Positions 39,771-47,760 of a stretch of DNA of 64,000 nt are shown here, in pieces. A program made the translations under genes and the position numbers. Position 1 is the first letter of the stretch, and each line of letters opens with the position of its first letter. Source of the DNA: an uncultured Clostridium sp. (GTDB taxonomy: Bacteria; Bacillota; Clostridia; TANB77; CAG-508); the NCBI GenBank assembly GCA_900556975.1, contig USQZ01000003.1:5310-69309 (forward strand). Reading direction: 5' to 3'. Under the pieces are notes generated by a model, which was not told where the DNA came from, did not search any database, and worked only from the letters and a program-made list of their open reading frames with translations.

Positions 39771-40360
39771 ATCTTATCTATTATCTCCTTTAATGAAGTT
39801 TCTAATTTTTCTAAAGTACCATCATTATGAATTACAAAATCTGCTTTTTTTACAAAAAATTCGTTATCGTTTTGAATCTTTAATCTTTCTTTAGCTAATT
39901 CTTCAGTTATGTTGTCCCTTTGACAAATTCTATTAATCTTTTTTTGGTCTTCTGCAACTACTGCTATTACATAGTCACATATTTTTTCCATCTTTGCCTC
40001 ATATAATAATGGAACATCAATCCCTATATATTTGTAATCACACTTTTCAGCTTCTTTTATTTGATAATTTATATCATCTACAACATACTTAAAAGTTAAT
40101 CTGTTAAGTGCTCTTCTTTTTCCTTTATTTTTATAAATAGTTTTTGCTATCTCTTTTCTGTTAAGTTTTCCATCTTCTTTTAATATTTCTTTTCCAAAAA
40201 GATTTACCATTTCTTCGAAATATTTTGTTTGGTTATCGTTGCTTAATTTTCTTGCAACTTCATCTGCATCTATTATGAAAGATGAATAGTTTGACTTTAA
40301 AATTGTACTTAACGTTGTTTTTCCTGCCCCTGAAGGTCCTGTTATTCCTATAACTTTCAT
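39767..40360 (-). CDS. coaE: dephospho-CoA kinase
   Basis: IGITGPSGAGKTT P-loop and a CoaE-like length and pattern. Confidence 0.85.
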   Translation of the reverse strand: MKVIGITGPSGAGKTTLSTILKSNYSSFIIDADEVARKLSNDNQTKYFEEMVNLFGKEILKEDGKLNRKEIAKTIYKNKGKRRALNRLTFKYVVDDINYQIKEAEKCDYKYIGIDVPLLYEAKMEKICDYVIAVVAEDQKKINRICQRDNITEELAKERLKIQNDNEFFVKKADFVIHNDGTLEKLETSLKEIIDKI

Positions 40361-40371
40361 TTGAAAGCTCC

Positions 40372-40809
40372 TTAATCTAAATTTTTTATAGCATTTCTAG
40401 CTAACTCGTCACACCTATTATTAAATTCATTATCGCTGTGTCCTTTTACTTTTATGAATTCTACTTTATGAATTTTAGTGTACTTATATAATTCTTCCCA
40501 TAATTCTTTATTTTTTACAGGTTTTTTATCTGCTGTTTTCCAATTGTTTCTTTGCCAATTATAAATCCATCCATTATTAAATGCATTTACAACATATGCA
40601 CTATCACTATAAACTTTAACATTGCACTCAAATTTCAATAATTTCAATGCTTCTATAACAGCAGTGATTTCCATTATGTTATTTGTTGTATCTGGATTTC
40701 CACCTGATATTTCTTTTTTATTTTCTTTATACATTAAAATAGAGCCCCATCCTCCTGGTCCAGGGTTTCCTGAACAAGCTCCATCTGTATATATTGTTAC
40801 ATTTTCCAT
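40372..40809 (-). CDS. rnhA: ribonuclease HI
   Basis: [18 protein letters not shown] in MEITA, YSDS, and GH..N...D. Confidence 0.9.
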   Translation of the reverse strand: MENVTIYTDGACSGNPGPGGWGSILMYKENKKEISGGNPDTTNNIMEITAVIEALKLLKFECNVKVYSDSAYVVNAFNNGWIYNWQRNNWKTADKKPVKNKELWEELYKYTKIHKVEFIKVKGHSDNEFNNRCDELARNAIKNLD

Positions 40810-40922
40810 AAAAACCTCTTTTAAAAAAATTCTCTAAACTGCTATAATATTGCGATTTTATTAGATATATGCTATTATAACAGTAATTGATTAATTATAC
40901 AATATTTGAGAGGAGAAAAATT

Positions 40923-42113
40923 TTGTCTAGTAAACTTTGTATTATATCTGAATATAATCCTTTTCATTTTGGTCATTTGTATCATTTAAATGAATCTATT
41001 TCCCAGACGAATGCCGATTTTAAAGTTGCAATTATTTCTGGGAACTTTGTTCAACGTGGTGAACCTAGTATAATAAATAAATGGGAAAAGGCTAAAGTTG
41101 CGTTGTCCACTGGATTTGACTTGGTTGTTGAATTACCTACTTTATATGCAATTTCAAGTGCTGAAAACTTTGCTAATGGTTCGGTTAAAATTGCCAATCA
41201 GATTGGTAGTGATTATATTTCTTTTGGAACTGAGTCTGGTGATTTGAAAAAATTAAAAGATTTGTCTTCTCTTATTAATAAAAACGAAAAAGAATATATC
41301 GCAAATGTTAAAGAAAAAATTGCTGAAGGCTTTTCATATCCAAAATCTCAGGAACTTGTAATTGATAAAATGTTCGGAGATGAATTCTTAGGTGTTTGCA
41401 AACCTAATAATATTTTAGGACTCGAATATTTGAAGTCATTAAATGCTATTTCATCAAAGATTATCCCTATTACCGTTAAACGTGATTTTGAAAAATCATC
41501 TTCCTCAGATGTTCGTGCTCTGCTTAGAACTTCTGGATTTAAAATTGAAAATTTAAAAGATAAGATTCCTGATTTTTCTTATGAAATTTTGGCTGAAAAT
41601 ATTGATAATGGAAATGCTGTTTTGTCTTTAAAAGCTTTTGAAAAAGAAATTATATATATTTTAAGAACTATTGATAATGAGAAATTAAAGAATATTCCTG
41701 ATGTTCCTGAAAATATGCTTTCTAATTTGAAAAAAGTTGCTTGTTCTACTAACTCTTTAGATGAGTTAATTACTACTTTGAAAAATAAAAGCATTACTCA
41801 AGCAAGAATTCAAAGAATTTTGTTATATATTTTACTTGGAATCACTAAATCTGATATGGAATTGTCAAAAAGAATTACTCCTTATGTTAGAGTTCTTGGT
41901 ATGAGTGAGAATGGGAAAAAGATTCTTTCTGATATCTCTAAAGATATTAATGTTATTACTTCTGTTAAGACATTTGAGAAAAATTGTGATGATTCTGATT
42001 TCCTTAGAATGTTGGAGATTGATAAAAAAGCAACTGATATTTATACATTAGCGTACTCAAAAAATTCTGTTGCAAATCTTGACTATACAATGAGAATTCA
42101 AACTAATTCTTAA
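40923..42113 (+). CDS. tmcAL: tRNA(Met) cytidine acetate ligase (YlbM/UPF0348 nucleotidyltransferase)
   Basis: IISEYNPFHFGHLYHL motif. TTG 40923 lies 7 nt after GAGAGGAG; the track starts at an upstream TTG 40887. Confidence 0.75.
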   Translation: MSSKLCIISEYNPFHFGHLYHLNESISQTNADFKVAIISGNFVQRGEPSIINKWEKAKVALSTGFDLVVELPTLYAISSAENFANGSVKIANQIGSDYISFGTESGDLKKLKDLSSLINKNEKEYIANVKEKIAEGFSYPKSQELVIDKMFGDEFLGVCKPNNILGLEYLKSLNAISSKIIPITVKRDFEKSSSSDVRALLRTSGFKIENLKDKIPDFSYEILAENIDNGNAVLSLKAFEKEIIYILRTIDNEKLKNIPDVPENMLSNLKKVACSTNSLDELITTLKNKSITQARIQRILLYILLGITKSDMELSKRITPYVRVLGMSENGKKILSDISKDINVITSVKTFEKNCDDSDFLRMLEIDKKATDIYTLAYSKNSVANLDYTMRIQTNS

Positions 42114-42176
42114 ATTAATATGATTAAATAAACAAAAACACTTTGATTTAGCAAATATAAATATAGTACAGAAAAA

Positions 42177-42330
42177 GTTCATATAAACTTCCCTCACACC
42201 TTGCTGTCGCATTCCTCGGAATTTGAAAATAAAAAATTACCATTTTTATTTTCAAACCGGGTAGAATGCTTCAATCGAACTCACTTCGTTCGTTTGGTCC
42301 CTGCGCGGTGATTCGAAATTTTATATGAAC
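42177..42330. repeat. structured intergenic repeat, family B, copy 1
   Basis: Conserved arms CTCACACCTTGCTGTCGCA and TGCTTCAATCG.A..CACTTCGTT..TTTGGTC.CTG.GCGGTGATTC.AAA, a copy-specific central hairpin, and a copy-specific 11-bp flanking inverted repeat gttcatataaa / tttatatgaac. Confidence 0.8.
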
Positions 42331-42384
42331 CTTCTTCTTTTCTATTATAAATACAATTTCAAAAGCTAAATCAAGTGCTTTTGT

Positions 42385-43242
42385 TTATTTTAATACTATT
42401 TCTTTTTTGTTTAAATATTCTAATGCTCCGGAATCCGTTGCAAAATCAAATTTCATTTTATAATTTTCAAGCATCTGATATTTGCATTTGAATTTCTTGT
42501 TTATTTCGTTTATTCCGTATTTTCCGTCTCCTAAAATTGGATGACCTATATGTGCTAAATGAGCTCGTATTTGATGAGTTCGTCCCGTAATAAGCTCAAC
42601 ATCTAGTACTGATGTATTGCTTTTTTTATCTTCTGATAAAACTTTGTATTTTGTTAGTATTTCCATGTACCCCTTTTTAGGAGTGTCTGATATGTAGACT
42701 AATGATTTTTTATTATCTTTAAAAAGATATGCTTTTAGCAAAGCTTCTTTTTTATTTAAAATTCCGATTACTGTACATCTATAGTTTTTCTTTATCTCTT
42801 TGTTTTTGAATTTTGAAAGCAAAATTTCTAATGCTTCTGGATTTTTTGCAAATAAAACTAATCCTGTTGTGTTTCTATCAATTCTATGACATGGACTTAT
42901 ATATGTATATTTTTTGTTTAATATTTTTGTCAATGAGTCTGCAGTTGGTTCGTCTGTAACTACTTCTAGTTCTGCAGGTTTATTTACAACTAAAATATTT
43001 TCATCCTCAAATATTGTCTTAATGTTATAATTTTTATATAGCAATTCATCTACAATAAATATTGTTATTGTGTCAAATTCATGGACAATTTTATCTTCAT
43101 TTACTCTAACATCATTTATTCTTATATCTTTTTTTCTTAATGTTTTGTAGAATGTTGATGATGTTAAACCATTGAAGTGTGCATACATAAATGTGCTTAA
43201 TTTTTTGTTATTAAATTTGGGTTCTACAATTAGTTTTTGCAT
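42385..43242 (-). CDS. RluA-family pseudouridine synthase with S4-like N-terminus (RluD-like)
   Basis: HRIDRNTTGL and GRTHQIRAHL motifs. ATG 43242 follows GGAGGA; the track start is 43269. Confidence 0.85.
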   Translation of the reverse strand: MQKLIVEPKFNNKKLSTFMYAHFNGLTSSTFYKTLRKKDIRINDVRVNEDKIVHEFDTITIFIVDELLYKNYNIKTIFEDENILVVNKPAELEVVTDEPTADSLTKILNKKYTYISPCHRIDRNTTGLVLFAKNPEALEILLSKFKNKEIKKNYRCTVIGILNKKEALLKAYLFKDNKKSLVYISDTPKKGYMEILTKYKVLSEDKKSNTSVLDVELITGRTHQIRAHLAHIGHPILGDGKYGINEINKKFKCKYQMLENYKMKFDFATDSGALEYLNKKEIVLK

Positions 43243-43258
43243 GTTTCCTCCATTTTTA

Positions 43259-43807
43259 TTATTTTTCAAATATACTTAATATTTTTGCCACAGCATAAAT
43301 AATGTTTGTACATTTAGTTTTTGCAAAGTTTTTTCCTAAAGCCTTACCACCTACTGTAATTGAGGCAACAAGTGCACTCATTATGAATTGGATGTCAAAG
43401 CTCAATCCTATGCTTTGTGTAATTTTTACTGTTAACATGGCACTTATCGCACCACTAAGTACACCGCATATATCACCGATAACGTCATTACATATATTAG
43501 AAACTTTTGGCGCTGATCTAATTAATTTTATGGCTGTTTTTGCACCTTTTACTTTCTTTGACGCCATTGCGTGGAACTCTTCTTCTGTTGCACAAGTTAT
43601 GGCAACACCAACAATATCAAATACTACACCAATTAATATAACGATGATAAGTACGATTAAAGCTGGTAATGTTGCTAATCCATTTATACTTGTTGTTGAT
43701 ATGTATGAGAATGTCATTGACAATATAAATGTTACTATAAATATTGTGAAGAACCATTTAATAGCTTCGTTTTTCGGGTTCTTGTTTTTTTCGTTCTTTT
43801 TCTTCAT
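43259..43807 (-). CDS. oapA: small four-TM protein with DxxxD in TM3; candidate OLE-associated protein A
   Basis: 182 aa (about 20 kDa) with four hydrophobic segments. NDVIGD places Asp108 and Asp112 within TM3. Lies immediately downstream of the ncRNA candidate and has its own promoter. Confidence 0.5.
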   Translation of the reverse strand: MKKKNEKNKNPKNEAIKWFFTIFIVTFILSMTFSYISTTSINGLATLPALIVLIIVILIGVVFDIVGVAITCATEEEFHAMASKKVKGAKTAIKLIRSAPKVSNICNDVIGDICGVLSGAISAMLTVKITQSIGLSFDIQFIMSALVASITVGGKALGKNFAKTKCTNIIYAVAKILSIFEK

Positions 43808-43840
43808 TTCTTTTCCTCTCTTTGGTTCGTCTTTTCTTGC

Positions 43841-43869
43841 ATTTTAGCATAACAATTTTTGTATGTCAA
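43841..43869 (-). promoter_or_regulatory. sigma-A-type promoter for the oapA-like gene
   Basis: Minus strand reads TTGACA (43869-43864), 17-nt spacer, TAAAAT (43846-43841). Confidence 0.6.
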
Positions 43870-43904
43870 AATGCAATTTAAAACTTTTCATATTACTTGA
43901 TATA

Positions 43905-44547
43905 GAAAAAAGAATTTATATAAAACAGACACTTTCATCTGATTGTATAAATTCTTCACTATAATTATTATCGAATTAAAGATGGTAGAAATTTAAGTAA
44001 ATTTTACGGTATAAGGTCTAGCAGAATTTCTCTACTTTTTACTAAGCATTACTGCTTAGCTGTTTCCATTTAAAAAAGCATCCCTTAAAAGTTTCGGGCA
44101 GCTAGATCGCCACTAAAATCCGTACCTTAATCCCTAAATTTCCAAGCTTCTCGATTGAAACGAACATTCTAGAAGTTTTCCTTAATGTACTTGATCTATT
44201 ATTAGTTTCTTTTGCAATAATGATTTCATAGCCTTTCAAGAGAAAACGTGGCCGCGTCTTTTCATGAAATAATGACTAATCCCAAGATTACCACTCAAAA
44301 CAGATTTATCGCATACAATTCGATATGTACACTCAAAATAGATTATATCACAACAAGTAGAACTGGTGATAACGAATATAGGAATCCAAATATATGCCGT
44401 TATATTCTATCCTAAATTCTTTACTTCCCATACCCACGCAAAACTGGCATTTTGCGCATGACATAAGAAACTTTATCTAATAAATCATGTGTGGATTTTT
44501 AGCCCCACCTTCATAATAGATAGTACAACTAGAATAATGCACCATCG
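43905..44547 (-). ncRNA. large structured ncRNA candidate of about 640 nt, most consistent with OLE RNA
   Basis: No ORF of 60 aa or more on either strand across 43850-44770. A sample line has about 40% G+C against about 25% in the flanks. Bounded by a near-consensus promoter and a hairpin plus T6 (gaatttata...tataaattc TTTTTT). Followed by the four-TM DxxxD gene. Confidence 0.55.
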
Positions 44548-44553
44548 AGTTTT

Positions 44554-44582
44554 ATTATACCAGAATCCAAAAGTAAAGACAA
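44554..44582 (-). promoter_or_regulatory. sigma-A-type extended -10 promoter for the ncRNA candidate
   Basis: Minus strand reads TTGTCT (44582-44577), 17-nt spacer ending in TGG, then TATAAT (44559-44554). Confidence 0.6.
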
Positions 44583-44850
44583 ATTTGAAATTGAAACTTT
44601 TTTAATAGTTTTAATCAAATTTGTCTTGAAAGATTAATCTTGTTTTTATTTTTTACCATTATTTCTCGTTTTTTCTTAAATTTTCTTTATTTTTCTTTTC
44701 TTTTTATTTCTTGATTTTGTTTTTGCTTTTTGTTTTAATTTATATTTTTTAATTTAGTTTATTTAATATCCGTTGTTGTATCGTTCTTTTTTCTTTTTAT
44801 ATCTAAACAAGTGTCAGCATTTTTATTGTTGTGCTGGCACTTTTTGTATA

Positions 44851-47451
44851 TTATTTTTTCTTAGTTGTTTTAGCTTTAGTTGTAGTTTCTTTAGATTTTG
44901 TTTTTTTAGTTTCCTTTTTTGTCTCTTTATTCTCTTCAGCTTTATTTTCTTTTTCAGCAGTTTCTTTTTCTTTCTTTTCTGCTTTCTTATCTTTTTCTTC
45001 AGCTACTACTTTTTCTTTCTTTTCTGTTTTTTTATCTTTTTCTTCAGCTACTGTTTTTTCTTCTACTTTATCTTTTATTTCTTTAACGTCAGCTGCCTCT
45101 TCATGCTTTTCCTCTGGCACTTGAATTTTCTCCTCAATTATCTTCTCAGTTTCTTCTGGCTTTTGACCTTTTAAATATACATCATATTCTTCAATATAAA
45201 TTGTTAAAATACGTGGATATAGTGTTTCTGGTATATTAAAGTATCTGTTAGTTTTCATCTTTTCTTTTTTAACTAATTCATATTCAAACATATCAGCATC
45301 AATTATAACTTTTGATGTAACATCCATTCCATTTGGTAATGTATTATTTGTATTATCATAATATGTTGCATTAGTTAAGAAAACAGCTGGATAGCCTTCT
45401 TTAAAATTAAGTTTAAACAATTTAACTGCTGTTTCGAATTTGTTGTCATATGATTCAATTTCTCTTTCAGCGTTTATATTGAAAACACTAAAATCTGTTT
45501 TATGTAATTTTTCATTTATAGATCCAACTTTGTATATTGGCATATCATAATCAAATTTAATTTTATGCATTGCTTCATTTAATGAACTTGTCATTAGTTG
45601 TAATTTCTCTGTAAAATCAAATATATCAATTTTTTTGTTTATATTCAAAATTTGAAACTTGTCTTTTTCATTTTCTCTATGTGACTTGTTATTTAAGTAT
45701 TTAACCTGAGTTGGGTCATCTCTCATTGAACCAAATATATCAAAATCGACTTTAGAACTTAATGTTGAATTTGAACTTGTGAAATACTCGCTTTTTAAAC
45801 TTCTTAGTTGCTCTTCTATTACGTCTTTATCCATATCACCATTTTTCAACATATTAATTATTGGTAATACATTTGTACTAGCTACATAAATACTATCTAA
45901 TTCTTGCTTTGAAAATTTTGTTCTTTGCAACTTATCATATGCTATTCCTAAATCTTCAAAATCATATTCATAATCGAATTTTTTCTTTATTTTTTGAGCA
46001 TCACCATCATATATATCATCACCCGTATCAAGTTCTAACAATTCATCTTTATTAGCAAACTTCCAGAAATCAAATAAACTCTTTTTGTGTTTATCTATTT
46101 CTTGAATATACAATGTGGCATTTTCAATTTTCTTTTTAGTATTTAATATTTTTAGTTCCATTGCTTTTATGTCTTGAGTTAAATCTTTTACATATCTCTC
46201 ACTTTTTTCATATAAAGCTTGAACTGTTACTAAATCATCAATTGTATGATATTTTTTATCATCAGTATATCCTTGAATTGGTTTAGGTTCTTTTGTTTCT
46301 TCTTTCTTTTCAACTTCTTCAATTTCTTCTTTAGCCTTATTTTTCTTTTTAGAGAAGAAATATTTAACTTTACCGAAGAATGTTTTCTTACATTCTAAGT
46401 ATGTAGAAATTTCTTTTTGCTTAATGAAATATTCTGCTTCTTCTTTTTTTAGCTCAGCTTTCAAATCTTTTAATTTATTTTCTAATTTAAAAGATTTTTG
46501 ATTAAATTTCTTAATCTCAGCCTCTGTTTCAATATATTTTTCTTTTATGAATTCTGGCAAATCTCCATAAGTAATCTTTTTGCCTTCATAGAAAAATTCT
46601 ATACTATTTTTTTCATTAATCTGAGTAGTAAAATTATATCTGCTTCCAAGTTCTGTTTGTAAAATAAATAATGCTTTTATTAACTTATAAAATTCGTCAG
46701 CTTCCTCTTTGCTCCTTAAAATTATTTTATACATTGTTTTTAAGCTGTCATAAATTGGTGTCTCTCCAACAATTTGAATAGTCAATTTATCATCTAAATC
46801 GTGTACTTCATATGTTAAAGACCAATTTTTTGTGAATACCCATAAATAATTTTCAATATCATTTATTTCTTTATTGCTTAAGTATTGTTCACTATAATTT
46901 ACATATGAAATAGGTACAAAAATCTTTTCATTTTTATCTTTTTGCTCTGCTTCAATTTTCTTTCTTAATAAATAGAATAACTCATCAAATGTATCTTCTT
47001 TTAAAGATACTAACATGAAATATCTATCTGTATCTGCAGAATAGTATATTTGCCATAATTGATTTTTAGGATAATGTACTGTAAATGGTATTTTGTCTGC
47101 CATTTTACTTTGCTCTAGTGCTACTCTTTTTATGCTTATATCAGAAATTCTTTCAAAAACATTTAATAGTTCTGCTGATTTTTCACTATCATGTTCACTT
47201 TCTTCAATAAACCTTCCTAATGGCATTGATTTTGAATATTTTTCTTTTATTGGATCATCTCTATGTGCTGTTGTGCAGTAAATTTCTATATCCTTTATTG
47301 GTACATATTTGTATACTTTTAATTCTTTATCGTTATTTAATCTTGAAGGATTAAATATTATAGGTTTAGTTTCAGTTAAAAAAGTTGGTAAGTTTTCTAA
47401 ATCTAATCCTAGTACATTCAATTTTTCTTTTATATCTTCTTTAGTAGCCAA
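44851..47451 (-). CDS. hypothetical 866-aa protein with K/E-rich repetitive C-terminal tail
   Basis: TTG start at 47451, 8 nt after GAGGAGG. The long ORF carries no recognised catalytic motif. The last roughly 110 aa are K/E/T-rich. Confidence 0.6.
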   Translation of the reverse strand: MATKEDIKEKLNVLGLDLENLPTFLTETKPIIFNPSRLNNDKELKVYKYVPIKDIEIYCTTAHRDDPIKEKYSKSMPLGRFIEESEHDSEKSAELLNVFERISDISIKRVALEQSKMADKIPFTVHYPKNQLWQIYYSADTDRYFMLVSLKEDTFDELFYLLRKKIEAEQKDKNEKIFVPISYVNYSEQYLSNKEINDIENYLWVFTKNWSLTYEVHDLDDKLTIQIVGETPIYDSLKTMYKIILRSKEEADEFYKLIKALFILQTELGSRYNFTTQINEKNSIEFFYEGKKITYGDLPEFIKEKYIETEAEIKKFNQKSFKLENKLKDLKAELKKEEAEYFIKQKEISTYLECKKTFFGKVKYFFSKKKNKAKEEIEEVEKKEETKEPKPIQGYTDDKKYHTIDDLVTVQALYEKSERYVKDLTQDIKAMELKILNTKKKIENATLYIQEIDKHKKSLFDFWKFANKDELLELDTGDDIYDGDAQKIKKKFDYEYDFEDLGIAYDKLQRTKFSKQELDSIYVASTNVLPIINMLKNGDMDKDVIEEQLRSLKSEYFTSSNSTLSSKVDFDIFGSMRDDPTQVKYLNNKSHRENEKDKFQILNINKKIDIFDFTEKLQLMTSSLNEAMHKIKFDYDMPIYKVGSINEKLHKTDFSVFNINAEREIESYDNKFETAVKLFKLNFKEGYPAVFLTNATYYDNTNNTLPNGMDVTSKVIIDADMFEYELVKKEKMKTNRYFNIPETLYPRILTIYIEEYDVYLKGQKPEETEKIIEEKIQVPEEKHEEAADVKEIKDKVEEKTVAEEKDKKTEKKEKVVAEEKDKKAEKKEKETAEKENKAEENKETKKETKKTKSKETTTKAKTTKKK
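44968..45057 (-). repeat. in-frame 45-nt tandem repeat (2 units) inside the K/E-rich tail
   Basis: ttctttcttttctg(c/t)...atctttttcttcagctact occurs twice with a 45-nt period. It encodes (V/T)VAEEKDKK(A/T)EKKEK twice. Confidence 0.8.
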
Positions 47452-47691
47452 TTTGTTTTCCTCCTCGTCACATTTGAGCCTAGTATATCATAATATAAAT
47501 TAATTTCCAAGTAATACTCATATTTTTTTCACATTTTTTCACTATTGTACATTCAACAAAAATCAGAATATAATTCATATAACTATTTTGACTAATTCTT
47601 CTTCAAGTTTTTATATTCTGACATAAATTCATGTATTTTTCTAGATTAGATTTTATTCCTAGAATCTTTTATTTTAAACTCTAAAAGCGTA

Positions 47692-47739
47692 AAAAAGTAC
47701 GTTATCAGTATACTTGATATACTTAATAACATACTTTTT
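47692..47739 (-). terminator. imperfect AT-rich hairpin after thrS
   Basis: aaaaagtacgttatcagtata / tatacttaataacatacttttt, with one mismatch and one bulge. A/T runs form part of the arms. Confidence 0.4.
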
Positions 47740-47760
47740 AATCATGTATTACAATTGTAA

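Noticed and set aside
42296-42322. Minus-strand TTCGAATCACCGCGCAGGGACCA in repeat B looks like a tRNA T-loop, acceptor stem and CCA
   Set aside because: The 5 nt preceding TTCGAAT are not complementary to the 5 nt following it. No matching 5' acceptor strand or anticodon arm is present, so this is not a tRNA or tRNA fragment.
43302-43847. 181-aa plus-strand ORF opposite the oapA-like gene
   Set aside because: It is a shadow ORF of a membrane-protein gene. The minus-strand gene has a promoter, an RBS and a coherent four-TM topology.
43905-44547. Alternative identities for the ORF-free region: tmRNA, RNase P RNA, group II intron
   Set aside because: There is no tRNA-like acceptor/T-arm pairing at the ends and no plausible tag reading frame ending in hydrophobic residues plus stop. 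There is no GAGGAAAGUCC-type RNase P motif. There is no GUGYG 5' end, domain V-like hairpin or RT ORF. The size and the neighbouring gene fit OLE better.
44773-45174. Two overlapping plus-strand ORFs (133 and 97 aa) rich in F/S/L/C
   Set aside because: They are mirror images of the K/E-rich tail of the 866-aa gene and of the T-rich spacer. There are no start signals, and the composition is an artefact.
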